Of a stretch of 64,000 nt of DNA, positions 9,728 through 18,829 are shown in pieces (within the stretch, counting starts at the first letter, position 1; each line of letters opens with the position of its first letter). Source of the stretch: Myxococcota bacterium (GTDB lineage: Bacteria; Myxococcota_A; UBA796; CAJQPC01); assembly GCA_036229005.1 (NCBI GenBank), contig JAZAMN010000071.1, positions 64,001 to 128,000 of the forward strand, given 5' to 3'. Under the pieces are notes generated by a model that saw only the letters and a list, made by a program, of their open reading frames with translations, had not been told where the DNA came from and did not search any database. Position numbers and translations under genes: made by a program.

Positions 9728-10300
9728 CTACTCGCAGTCGTCGACCAGGCCCGTGTCGACATCGGCCTGGTCGGGCCAGACCTCCCAGGTCTCCTCGCCG
9801 CACAGGCTGCGCCCGGCGGAGTCCTCCGCGCAGATCTCCACCTTCAGGGATTCGCAGGAGAGCGCCTGCGCCACGTTCTGGTCCTCGTAGACCGGGTCGT
9901 CCGTGAACAGGAAGAGCGTGATGCCCGGGAAGCTGCCCTGGCAGGTGTCCTCGTCCACGAGCTGCACGTAGTGGGTCTGCTCAGGGCCCACCTCGACCCC
10001 CGTGACCGGGTGGACCACCCGCGAGACCAGATTCACCACGGAGCGCGTATTCCACAGGCGGACAGCGCCCTCGACGTGCCAGCCCCCCTGATCGCCGTGG
10101 ACCATGCGCAGCTTGTCGTCCACCGACGCAAAGACGGCGACCGCGCGGCCCTCTTGCTCGTCAATCACCGTGGTCCCCACCTCGATCTCGGGGGTCTCAC
10201 AGGCGCACTCGGGCTCGATTGTCCCGATCTGGTCCCCAGTCTCCACCAGACACTCCCCAGTGTCGGTTTCGCCGGTACAAGCAAGCAAGAGCAACAGCAC
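9728..10300 (-). CDS. Hypothetical Cys-containing lipoprotein
   Basis: GAGGTG RBS, VLLLLLAC lipobox; MVHGDQGGWHV motif typical of myxobacterial lipoproteins. Confidence 0.65.
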   Translation of the reverse strand: MLLLLLACTGETDTGECLVETGDQIGTIEPECACETPEIEVGTTVIDEQEGRAVAVFASVDDKLRMVHGDQGGWHVEGAVRLWNTRSVVNLVSRVVHPVTGVEVGPEQTHYVQLVDEDTCQGSFPGITLFLFTDDPVYEDQNVAQALSCESLKVEICAEDSAGRSLCGEETWEVWPDQADVDTGLVDDCE

Positions 10301-10328
10301 GTCCACCTCTGAAAGAAGTCTAGCACTC

Positions 10329-10344
10329 TGGCACGCCCTTTGCG
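10329..10344 (+). promoter_or_regulatory. Sigma54 (-24/-12) promoter for 10422..11987
   Basis: TGGCACG-CCCT-TTGCG matches TGGCACG-N4-TTGC; ~80 bp before the ATG. A TTGACA also lies at 10364. Confidence 0.6.
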
Positions 10345-10421
10345 CCGGGATCTCCATATCTGCTTGACAGGCGCCGGAAGATCGGGCATTTCGCCGCTTC
10401 GCACCCCCCCGGAGGTCTCCC

Positions 10422-11987
10422 ATGTCCCAGCCCATCCTGCTCCTGCTCTCCACCCTGGCCTGCTCCAGCGGTCTCTTCGGCGGCGGCAAGGACCCCGAGC
10501 TCGACACCGCCATCGAGGCGGACGCCGACGCGGACGCGGACACCGACTCCGACACCGACGCCGACTCGGACTCCGACACCGACGCCGACGCGGACACCGA
10601 CGTCGACCCCGACAAGATCGACGACGACGGCGACGGCTACACCGAAGATGACGGCGACTGCGACGACACCAGCGCCGACGTCAGCCCCGACGCGCTCGAG
10701 GTGCCCTACGACGGCATCGACAACGACTGCAACCCCGACACCGCCGACGACGACATCGACGGCGACGGCTACGACGCCGACGAGGACTGCGACGACACCG
10801 AGGCCGACATCTACCCCGGCGCCGAAGAGGACTACACCGACGGCGTGGACAACGACTGCGACGGCCAGACCGACGAGCGCTTCGACCTGGAGAGCGCCGA
10901 CTCCACCTGCGACTGCGGCTACACCAGCGCCGTGGGCGTCGACAGCCTGAACAACGTCCACGTGGCCTACACCGACGGCGACACCGGCTACCTGATGTAC
11001 AAGGAGCGCAGCGGCACCACCTGGAGCAGCAGCACCACCGTCGACGACTACGCCTACTTCGCGGGCCTGTACATCGACGCCAAGGTCGACAAGAAGGACC
11101 GCTTCCAGGTCGCCTACAGCTTCGACGACTGGAGCGGTGAGAACTCCGTGGCCTTCTCCTACATGGAGAGCAGCGGCACCTGGTACAGCAGCTACGTGGT
11201 CAACGACTACGCGCAGTCCGGCTCCACCGACCTGGGCAACTTCGTCGGCCTGGCGGTGGACAGCGGCAACCTGCCCAGCTTCATCTACCAGGACCAGGAC
11301 GGCGTCTACGACCCCGACCTCTTCGGCTCCGGCGGCTTCGCGGTGCCCGTCGTGGACAGCTACCTGGACCTGGCCCTGGCCAGCCTGAGCCTGCGCGGCG
11401 CCGTGGACTACACCACCTCCGCGTTCGGCTACGGCTACGACAACGGCTGGTTCGCCGACATCACGATCGACAGCAACGACAACCTGCACACCGCCTGGTT
11501 CGACCAGGGCACCGAGATCCTGTCCGGTGGTGGCGTGCGCTACTACAAGCCCTCCTCGATCCTGAGCGCCGAGCTTGCCGAGACCATCTACACCGGCACC
11601 GTCGGCGGCCTGAGCATCGCCCTCAAGTCCGACGACACCCCCTGCCTGGCCCTCTACACCACCGACTCCAACGACGTGGAGTACGGCTGCATGGGCAGCG
11701 ACGGCGGCTTCACCTGGAGCACCATCGACAGCGCCGGCTCCGTCGGCCAGGGCGTCCAGCTCGCCTTCAACTCCTCCGACGAGCCCTACATCGTCTACTA
11801 CAACGAGACCAGCGGCGCGCTGCGCATGTCCCACCACGACGGCAGCGCCTGGAGCTCCTTCCAGGTGGACGGCGCGGGCGACGACGTCGGCCAGTACCCC
11901 TCCATCGCCATCGACAGCAGCGACACCGTGCACGTCACCTACTACGACGTCACCAACGGCGCCCTGCTCTACGCCTACGGCCGCTAG
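10422..11987 (+). CDS. Lipoprotein with DADTD linker, MopE-like putative metal-binding repeats and beta-propeller-like C-terminus
   Basis: LAC lipobox; DGDGY..DCDD..PxAxExxxDGxDNDC repeats; repeated SIAIDSxDxxHxxY blades. Confidence 0.85.
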   Translation: MSQPILLLLSTLACSSGLFGGGKDPELDTAIEADADADADTDSDTDADSDSDTDADADTDVDPDKIDDDGDGYTEDDGDCDDTSADVSPDALEVPYDGIDNDCNPDTADDDIDGDGYDADEDCDDTEADIYPGAEEDYTDGVDNDCDGQTDERFDLESADSTCDCGYTSAVGVDSLNNVHVAYTDGDTGYLMYKERSGTTWSSSTTVDDYAYFAGLYIDAKVDKKDRFQVAYSFDDWSGENSVAFSYMESSGTWYSSYVVNDYAQSGSTDLGNFVGLAVDSGNLPSFIYQDQDGVYDPDLFGSGGFAVPVVDSYLDLALASLSLRGAVDYTTSAFGYGYDNGWFADITIDSNDNLHTAWFDQGTEILSGGGVRYYKPSSILSAELAETIYTGTVGGLSIALKSDDTPCLALYTTDSNDVEYGCMGSDGGFTWSTIDSAGSVGQGVQLAFNSSDEPYIVYYNETSGALRMSHHDGSAWSSFQVDGAGDDVGQYPSIAIDSSDTVHVTYYDVTNGALLYAYGR

Positions 11988-12049
11988 GCCCCCCCAAGGG
12001 ACCCAGCCCCCATGGGACCCAGCCCGCGCCCCTGAGCCACAGACCGCGC

Positions 12050-12361
12050 TCAGGGGCGCAGGGTCTGGCAGCTCCAGCAGGACCCGAAGCTCCCCTCGTT
12101 CTCCTCCCCGCAGCCGGGACAGGTCCAGGGAGAGGAGGGCAGGGACTCCGCGCGCCAGCCGGCCAAGGCCAGCCTGGCCAACCCCAGGTCCACCGCCTCC
12201 ACCCACAGGCTGGGCTGCGCCTCTGTGACCGGGATGGCGCCGGCGAGGCCAGTGAGGTGCACACCACGCAGCGACACCCGCAGCCCCCGCTGCGTCAGGT
12301 AGTCGCGGATCAAGTAGGCCTCGGTGGGATCCGTTGCCTGGTAGAGCAGGGTCTGAGCCAT
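12050..12361 (-). CDS. DUF2007-like putative signal-transducing protein with C-terminal zinc finger
   Basis: GAGGA RBS; EAYLIRDYL..G..L.G.IP pattern; WTCPGCGEENEGSFGSCWSC. Confidence 0.8.
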   Translation of the reverse strand: MAQTLLYQATDPTEAYLIRDYLTQRGLRVSLRGVHLTGLAGAIPVTEAQPSLWVEAVDLGLARLALAGWRAESLPSSPWTCPGCGEENEGSFGSCWSCQTLRP

Positions 12362-12422
12362 GTGGACATCCTCCCACGCCGGGCCCGCCACCGCAGCCCC
12401 CGAAAGTGATAGCGTGGCCTCC

Positions 12423-13439
12423 GTGAGCGAACTGGCAGCAATCCAAGCGCGCATCCAGGCGGCCCGGGCCGAGGGCCAGCCCGCGACCGAGGCGGAGCTC
12501 CGCGCCCACCTGGCCCGACACCACTCCTCCCAGGGGCAGTGGCGCGATGCGGCGCAAGAGCTGCACTGGGCGGCCGAGCTCGCCGCCCAGGCCGGAGACC
12601 CCGCCGCCCAGGCCGAGTACCTCTTTGGCAAGGGCAGCGCCCTGATCTCGGCCCCCGGCATGGAGCAGGCCGCGGCCCGCGCGCTCCGACGGGCCAGCGC
12701 CGCCGCCAAGGTCGGGGGCCGCCCCGCCATCGCCCTGGAGGCCGCCCGCCAGCTCCTCAAGCTGCACGCCGCCGCCCAGCGCTGGGACGAGGCCGCCGAG
12801 GCCGCCGCCCGCATCGTCGAGCAGCTCGACTGGAACGGCAGCCGCCCCGAGCTGCTCGCCGGCCTGGAGCAGCAGGCCTTCTACCTGCACCGCCTGGACC
12901 AGGCCTCCCCCCACGAGCGCCACAAGGCCGCCGCCCTCAAGGCCCTGGACACCGCCATCACCACGGCCGAGGCCATCGGGGATCTGCGCCGCGCCATCGA
13001 GCTCCGGGTCCTGCGCCGCGCCATGCGCGACTTCTCCTGGGAGGAGGGCGCCCCCCTCTCCGCCCTGAACGAGGAGCTGGACGCCGACCTCCAGGGCTCC
13101 CCCTTCGCCGAGGAGCTGCTGGGCCAGGCCATGGACGCCCTGCGCGCCGGCATGTCCGACACGGGCACCAAGCGCGCCCTGAACGCGCGGGACGCCGCGG
13201 AGCAGGCGGGTGACCCGCTGCGCTACCTGATCGCCGGCCTCCTGGTCGCCGAGGGCCGCGAGCTCGCCGCGGACCCCAACGCCGCCATCCACGCCCTGCT
13301 GGAGTGCCGCGCCACCCTGGAGCGCTTCCAGAACCCCGTCGCCCTGCGCGCCGTGCGCCTGGTGCTCGAGGCCCAGCGCAGCCGCTGGGGTGAGGCCGCG
13401 ATGGAAGAGGCCCTGGCCGCCTGGACCCAGCGCCGCTGA
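12423..13439 (+). CDS. All-helical (TPR-like) hypothetical protein
   Basis: Ala/Leu/Glu-rich helical repeats, strong GC3 bias; TAGCGT box 7 nt before the GTG. Confidence 0.65.
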   Translation: MSELAAIQARIQAARAEGQPATEAELRAHLARHHSSQGQWRDAAQELHWAAELAAQAGDPAAQAEYLFGKGSALISAPGMEQAAARALRRASAAAKVGGRPAIALEAARQLLKLHAAAQRWDEAAEAAARIVEQLDWNGSRPELLAGLEQQAFYLHRLDQASPHERHKAAALKALDTAITTAEAIGDLRRAIELRVLRRAMRDFSWEEGAPLSALNEELDADLQGSPFAEELLGQAMDALRAGMSDTGTKRALNARDAAEQAGDPLRYLIAGLLVAEGRELAADPNAAIHALLECRATLERFQNPVALRAVRLVLEAQRSRWGEAAMEEALAAWTQRR

Positions 13440-13449
13440 GGCGCCCCCT

Positions 13450-14136
13450 TCAGCGGCGGACCCAGCGCCAGTCCACGCTGGGGTTGTCCACCTCCAGCCC
13501 CTTGCGCTCGTAGCGGGACGGCACGCGCCACGCCGGCCGCTCCCCCACCGCCTCCAGCGCAAAGCGCGCGTCCCCGGCGAACACCGCCTCCGCGTGCGCC
13601 CCGTATTCGGGCGCGTCCGTGGCCAGGTGGAAGCTCCCGCCCGCCGGCAGGTGCAGCGCCAGCAGCTCCAGCAGCAGCGGGCGGACCAGGCGCTTGTCGG
13701 CCTCGGTGGGGCGGGGGAAGGGATCCGGGTGGAGCACACAGACCTGGTCCACCCCTCCGGGCTCCAGGTGCTCGTTCATCAGCCGCAGCCCATCGGCCCG
13801 AACGAGGAGGACGTTGGTCAACCCCCGCTCCGCGATCTCGGCGAGCACGTGCCCCACGGCCGGCTTGTGCACCTCGACACCCAGAAAGTCGCGCTCCGGC
13901 TCCGATGCGGCCCGCGCCAGCAGCACCTCGCCGAACCCGAATCCCAGCTCCAGGGTGCAGGGGGCCTGGCGGCCAAAGAGGTGGGCCACGGAGTGTCGCA
14001 CGCCAAAGGGCAGCTCGACCCCAAAGCGCTCCCAGTGCTCCGCCAGAGCCCGGCGCTGCCGGCGGGTGAGGTTGCCCTGACGGCGACGGTAGCTGCGCGG
14101 CCAGCGGTCGCGGCCTCCGGGTCCCGGTCGTTCCAT
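13450..14136 (-). CDS. trmB: tRNA (guanine-N7)-methyltransferase
   Basis: LELGFGFGE, FLGVEV, HPDPFP..KRLV, LATD and SRYERKG motifs. Confidence 0.92.
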   Translation of the reverse strand: MERPGPGGRDRWPRSYRRRQGNLTRRQRRALAEHWERFGVELPFGVRHSVAHLFGRQAPCTLELGFGFGEVLLARAASEPERDFLGVEVHKPAVGHVLAEIAERGLTNVLLVRADGLRLMNEHLEPGGVDQVCVLHPDPFPRPTEADKRLVRPLLLELLALHLPAGGSFHLATDAPEYGAHAEAVFAGDARFALEAVGERPAWRVPSRYERKGLEVDNPSVDWRWVRR

Positions 14137-14161
14137 GGCCCGGGGATATCCCCCCAAACGA

Positions 14162-14194
14162 CAAAGGGCCGCCCCCCCGAAGGAGGACGGCCCC
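14162..14194 (-). terminator. Probable intrinsic terminator after the TMEM43-family gene
   Basis: Minus strand GGGCCGTCCTCC-TTCG-GGGGGGCGGCCC followed by TTTGT. Confidence 0.6.
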
Positions 14195-14214
14195 TGGTGA
14201 CCCCGAGGGAGCGA

Positions 14215-15369
14215 CTACGCGGCTTCGGGAGCGGGCGTGGCGTCGCCCTTGGCCTTCTTGGCCTTCATCGCGAGCATGACGATGCCCACGATGCCGCCGA
14301 TGCCGACCAGCAGGAGCAGGACGCCCAGCAGGGGGCGGGCCACGATCCAGGCCAGCGCGATGACGAAGAAGGTCACGACCACCGCCAGCAGGAAGCTGAG
14401 CAGGCCGATGCCGCCCTCCAGGATGCCGCCCACCAGGGGGATGCGGTCGGCGATGACCTTGAGGGGGCCGAAGATGGCGCCGAAGCCGGCCGCGATCAGC
14501 ATGAAGCCGAAGAAGCGCAGGCCCCAGGTCATGGCGATGTTGGCGTTCTTCGCGTCCTCGAACATCTGCTCGGCGGACTTGAGGGTGGGGGTGACCATCA
14601 GCAGGGCGTCGCCGGCCTGGGTCTGGTAGGGCGCGAAGCCCGAGCCCACCTGCTTGCCGACGATGCTCATGGGGCCGACCGGGACCACCTCGAAGGTGAT
14701 GCGGACGTCGCCCACACTGGGGTTGCTGGGGTCCGCGCCGATGTAGATGCGGCCCTGGTGCTCCTTGGCGGCGCCCCCGGAGAGGGCGGCCTGCTCAGCG
14801 GACACGGGAAGCTGCTCGAAGTTGCTGAGCTTGGAGATCTCGTCGTCGTCCAGGGTGAAGGCGCCCAGGGAGCCCTGGGTGACCTGGTACTCCTTGCCCT
14901 CGTAGGGGATCGACGAGGGGTTGAGGTGCCCGCTGATCTCCTCGAAGTCGTCGGAGTCGTGCAGGCTGCTGTCCCAGCGCTTCTCGTAGGTGAAGGTGGT
15001 GATCTTCTTGTCGTTCTCAGTGCGCGTGGACTCGTTCTCCACCCACTGGTACATCTCCACCTCGCGGCGCATGCGGAAGCCCTGCGCCATGATCTGGAAC
15101 TCGCTGTCGCGCAAGGTCTCCGCGGTGGTGGCCTCGCCGCTGGTGTGGACCAGCTTGCCGTCGAGCTTGCCGTCCACGGACGCGGACTCCACGGAGACCA
15201 CCGTGCCGGCGCCCTCTTCCAGGCTCTTGGCGGTCTGGACCGAGCGGCACTCGTTCCAGAACAGCATCAGCGGTGCGAGCATCAGCAGGCCAAAGCCAGT
15301 GGCGACGCGCTTGATGGACTCCTTGAGGGTCCCGAAGAACCCCAGGTGCGTGACTTTTTCGACGGCCAT
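14215..15369 (-). CDS. TMEM43 (DUF1625) family membrane protein
   Basis: LFWNE, GKLVHTSG, RREVEMYQWVE, PSVGDVRITF and TWGLRF motifs; C-terminal TM helices. Confidence 0.88.
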   Translation of the reverse strand: MAVEKVTHLGFFGTLKESIKRVATGFGLLMLAPLMLFWNECRSVQTAKSLEEGAGTVVSVESASVDGKLDGKLVHTSGEATTAETLRDSEFQIMAQGFRMRREVEMYQWVENESTRTENDKKITTFTYEKRWDSSLHDSDDFEEISGHLNPSSIPYEGKEYQVTQGSLGAFTLDDDEISKLSNFEQLPVSAEQAALSGGAAKEHQGRIYIGADPSNPSVGDVRITFEVVPVGPMSIVGKQVGSGFAPYQTQAGDALLMVTPTLKSAEQMFEDAKNANIAMTWGLRFFGFMLIAAGFGAIFGPLKVIADRIPLVGGILEGGIGLLSFLLAVVVTFFVIALAWIVARPLLGVLLLLVGIGGIVGIVMLAMKAKKAKGDATPAPEAA

Positions 15370-15494
15370 GGACAGCCCTCCTGAAAGGCGCGACTGTCCG
15401 CAACTATCGCGGGCCGACGCCGGTGCACCCGCCTGATAGCGCAGCGGGGGCTGTCATGCACCTGTCTCGGCCCGTCTCGGGGTTTCGCCCCAGG

Positions 15495-15971
15495 CTATTC
15501 GGCGTCCGTCCCGTCCTGACGGAGCTTGATGTTGGGCACCGTCGCGGTCTGGTCCGCGGTCACGGTCACCATCACGGGGCTGCCCGCCTCCAGGGCCACG
15601 CCGCGGGGATCGCCGTCGCCGGGCGCCGCGTCGCTGTCGCTGCCCGCATCCACCCAGGCGCCCACGTAGTAGTCGCCGGGCTCCAGGCTCAGGGTGAAGG
15701 GCTGGTTGTCCGGGAAGCTGGGGACCGGGACGACCTCCTTGCTGACCACGTTCGCGAACACCTCGGGGGCGCTGGCGGCGACGATGATCAGGGGGCCGAC
15801 GGGGGGCTTGACCGGGAACTCGATCTCGCCGGTGATCTGCCCCTGTTGGGACTGGGTGTCGTCCGTCCCGCTGTCATCCGTCGTCTCGGTGTCGTCCGAG
15901 GTGGTGTCGCCGCCCTTCTTGCAGGCGGTCAGAGAGAGTGCGAGTCCGAGCAGCAGGGTCCAGCGGGACAT
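15495..15971 (-). CDS. Hypothetical lipoprotein
   Basis: GGAGG RBS, LTAC lipobox, acidic linker, beta-sandwich-like LEPGDYYVGAWVD. Confidence 0.75.
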   Translation of the reverse strand: MSRWTLLLGLALSLTACKKGGDTTSDDTETTDDSGTDDTQSQQGQITGEIEFPVKPPVGPLIIVAASAPEVFANVVSKEVVPVPSFPDNQPFTLSLEPGDYYVGAWVDAGSDSDAAPGDGDPRGVALEAGSPVMVTVTADQTATVPNIKLRQDGTDAE

Positions 15972-16031
15972 GATTCCTCCAGGTGGCCGGATCCTAGCCC
16001 CACTTCCAGGGCCCCCGCCACCGCCAGTTGC

Positions 16032-17378
16032 TCAATCCATGTAGCCGGCCGCCCGCAGCGCCTCCAAGAGGGCAGGATCGACCTCCCCTGTGGGCACGCC
16101 GCTGGCCTGCACGGCCTGCACGAAGGGCTCCAGGTGGGGATCGGGCGGGGAGGAGGAGAGCGGTCCCCCGCGCGCCCCCGTGGTCCACCCCTGCTCATCG
16201 GACCACAGCACCTTCTGGTCTGCACTCCAGCCCGCCGCCGAGGTGCGGGTGAACCAGCGCTCCTCAGCCCACTCGGCGCGCTGGGCGTGGGGATAGGCCG
16301 CCGCGCGGGTGGGCGGCAGGGGGTCCGGGAGCGCGCCATCCAGCACCAGCCCGTGGGCGGCCAGCGCGGAGACGGGCGTGGGGAAGGGGCCGCCCTGGTT
16401 GGCCATCAGGAAGACGCGGTTGTTGGGCTCGCCCAGGTAGTGGCCATGGTCGATCAGGTCGTCTTCGCCCAGGTATTCGCCGTGGTCGGAGGTGATGACC
16501 AGGCGGCTGCCCGGCCCCAGGCGGTTCCAGGCGCTCAGCTTCCCGATGACCTCGCCGAGGGCCTGATCCGCGCGGTGCACGCCGTAGTCGTATAGGTCCG
16601 AGAGGTGGGCCAGGAAGTCCTGGCGGGCCACAGAGCCCATCCTCCCCCCCAGGAAGTCGGCCCAGAGGGTGCCCTCGCTCCAGTCCAGGCCGGGCCGCGC
16701 GGGGACCCAGCCCACGCCTTCGGGGATGGCGGTCCAGGGGACGTGGGCGTCGGCGATGTTGACGAACACAAAGAGGGGGCGATCGGCGTGGGAGGCGCTC
16801 TCCAGGCCGTGCTGGAGCTGGCGCACGAGATCCTGGCCGTACCAGCTCCCGAAGCGCCCGGGGGCGCGCTGGTGGTCGAAGCCACGGGTGAGCCCGGAGG
16901 CCTCGGAGACCACGGGATTGCCGCTGACGGAGAGGGTGTCGTAGCCGCGGGCGGAGAAGGCCTCGGCCAGGGTCTGGGGCTCGGGGCCCAGGGGGCGCAC
17001 CTGCTCGGAGGTGTTGTGGCCCAGCACCTCGCCGCCCTGGGCCAGGCTGTGGGCGCCGTGCTCGGGGACCTCCAGGCCGGTGAAGTAGGAGGCGTGGGAG
17101 GGCAGGGTCCAGGAGCCGGGGGCGTAGGCATCGCAGGAGAGCGGGTGGTCGGCCGCCAGGGCCTCGAGCACGGGGGTGGTCGGGCGCTCGTAGCCGCAGG
17201 CGCTCATGCGGTCCGCGCGCACGGTGTCCAGGACGATGAACACGACGGTGTCATCGGCGGGGGTGGCGGGGGCCTTGAGCAGCCGCACCGGGTCGATCCA
17301 GGCCTTCTGCCACGCGATGGTGCACAGGCCGGTAGACAGCAGCGCGGCGAGCAGGCCGCTGCGGAGGCGGGGGCTCAC
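16032..17378 (-). CDS. Sulfatase-like/alkaline phosphatase superfamily membrane-anchored hydrolase
   Basis: VLDTVRAD, WTLPSHASYFTG and TSDHGE..H motifs; GTGA overlap start. Confidence 0.85.
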   Translation of the reverse strand: MSPRLRSGLLAALLSTGLCTIAWQKAWIDPVRLLKAPATPADDTVVFIVLDTVRADRMSACGYERPTTPVLEALAADHPLSCDAYAPGSWTLPSHASYFTGLEVPEHGAHSLAQGGEVLGHNTSEQVRPLGPEPQTLAEAFSARGYDTLSVSGNPVVSEASGLTRGFDHQRAPGRFGSWYGQDLVRQLQHGLESASHADRPLFVFVNIADAHVPWTAIPEGVGWVPARPGLDWSEGTLWADFLGGRMGSVARQDFLAHLSDLYDYGVHRADQALGEVIGKLSAWNRLGPGSRLVITSDHGEYLGEDDLIDHGHYLGEPNNRVFLMANQGGPFPTPVSALAAHGLVLDGALPDPLPPTRAAAYPHAQRAEWAEERWFTRTSAAGWSADQKVLWSDEQGWTTGARGGPLSSSPPDPHLEPFVQAVQASGVPTGEVDPALLEALRAAGYMD

Positions 17379-18466
17379 TCGGAGGGCACCACGGTCACGC
17401 GGATCACCTGGGCGGGGCTGGGGGCCTGGTCGTCCTCCACCTTGCGCACGGCGGACTCGTCGTCGGCGGCGCCGCTGTTGCCGGAGGCCTGTCGGGGGGC
17501 CTGGTCGGGGCCCTTGCCCAGGGGCTGGTCGACCTCTGTGCCCAGGTTCCACAGCAGGAGCTGGTCCTGGATCTCGCCGCTGATGGGGGTGCCGTCGTCC
17601 TCAAAGAGCGGGACGCCGCCGTCGCCATGGCCGATGAACAGGTCGTTGGACTGGGCCAGCATGGTGGCGAAGTGCAGGACCTCTCCGGTGCTGGCCTCCA
17701 GGGTGAAGGTGGTCTGGGAGCCCGGCAGCAGCGGCTCGTAGCCCCCACCCTCCTGGTCCGCGAACACGCTGCCGTCGTGCACGCGCTCGGCCGCGCTGGC
17801 CAGGATGGGGAGGGGATCGCCGTCCTCGGCCAGCGCCTCCATGCCCATGCCCTCGTCGGGCTCGCCATCGATCCAGAGCACCGAGGGCTCCAGCGACGAG
17901 GCCGCATAGCCAGCCCCCGCCACGTGGGTCACGCCGACCAGGGCCTCCAGGGCGCTCTCGGCGGCCGCCACATCTCCGGCCACCAGGCTCTGCAGCCACG
18001 CGGCCGGCTCGCTGCCGTCCAGCGCCGCGCCGTCCCCGATGTGGTGGGCGATCCCGTAGAGCTGCAGGGTCTCGCCCCCGCTGATCGAGAAGCCCACACC
18101 CTCGGCCTGGGAGTTGACCTGCGCCGAGGACTTGGCCGCCCGGAGCTGGATCAGCCCCTCGACCACCCGCAGCTCCTTGAGCTCCACGGCGCCCGGGGCG
18201 ATCGCGGCGCGGCTCTCGTCCCAGCAGGTGACGGGCGCGCTGGCCAGCACATCGCCCTCGTCGGTCACCGCGATCAGGGTGAGCTCCGAGTCCACGGGCA
18301 CGTCCACGGCGTCATCCCCAGGCAGCGCCGCGTCGATGTAGGGGTAGGCCACCCCCACGTTCTCCACCGTGATGGTGAAGGTGACGAGCTCACCGGCGAT
18401 GCCGGAGTCCAGGGGCTCACCGTCTTTGTTGCAGGCGAGCAGGGAGAGGAGCAGCAGGGAGTTCAT
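17375..18466 (-). CDS. Spondin_N domain lipoprotein
   Basis: LLAC lipobox; LAEDGD, FATMLAQSNDLF and LWNLGTEVDQ spondin motifs. Confidence 0.8.
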   Translation of the reverse strand: MNSLLLLSLLACNKDGEPLDSGIAGELVTFTITVENVGVAYPYIDAALPGDDAVDVPVDSELTLIAVTDEGDVLASAPVTCWDESRAAIAPGAVELKELRVVEGLIQLRAAKSSAQVNSQAEGVGFSISGGETLQLYGIAHHIGDGAALDGSEPAAWLQSLVAGDVAAAESALEALVGVTHVAGAGYAASSLEPSVLWIDGEPDEGMGMEALAEDGDPLPILASAAERVHDGSVFADQEGGGYEPLLPGSQTTFTLEASTGEVLHFATMLAQSNDLFIGHGDGGVPLFEDDGTPISGEIQDQLLLWNLGTEVDQPLGKGPDQAPRQASGNSGAADDESAVRKVEDDQAPSPAQVIRVTVVPSE

Positions 18467-18548
18467 GGGCGGAGTCTACCTGAGTGGGAGGGTGGCCTTG
18501 CCTGGATGCTGACGGGCCTCCGCGGTCGCTCACACGGCGCAAAGGCGG

Positions 18549-18827
18549 GCTCTGGCCGAGCTACGGGCGCTCAATGCACGCTCTGGCCGAGCTACGGGTG
18601 CTCAATGCACGCTCTCGCCGAGCTACGGGCGCTCAATGCGCGCTCTGGCCGAGCTACGGCCGCTCAATGCACGCAGATGGCCCCAATCTGGCCCGATTCA
18701 GGCCCCAAAAGGCGCACTGACAGCCCCAAGCTCCAGGATCCCGCGCACTGACACCCCGTAGCTCCGCAAAGCCGCGCACTCACAGCCCCTAGCTCCGCAA
18801 AGCCGCGCACTCACACCCCGTAGCTCC
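18549..18827. repeat. Element E1: 4x31-bp tandem array + spacer + 4x31-bp inverted array
   Basis: GAGCTAC at 18558/18589/18620/18651; GCGCACT at 18712/18743/18774/18805; arms are reverse-complement related (GAGCTACGGG vs CCCGTAGCTC). Confidence 0.92.
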
Positions 18828-18829
18828 TC

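Noticed and set aside
11998..12025. Short direct repeat GGGACCCAGCCC x2 between convergent genes
   Set aside because: Only two 12-bp GC-rich copies, with no 31-bp period and no inverted arm.
10320..13739. 1139-aa minus-strand ORF and many other long overlapping ORFs (e.g. 2793..4757, 47996..50128, 44226..46028)
   Set aside because: Antisense or off-frame shadows of well-supported genes, expected in high-GC DNA; no motifs.
18549..18827. 31-bp repeats as a CRISPR array (also E2-E4)
   Set aside because: Units are head-to-tail with no unique spacers, the arrays are inverted pairs, and no cas genes are in the window.
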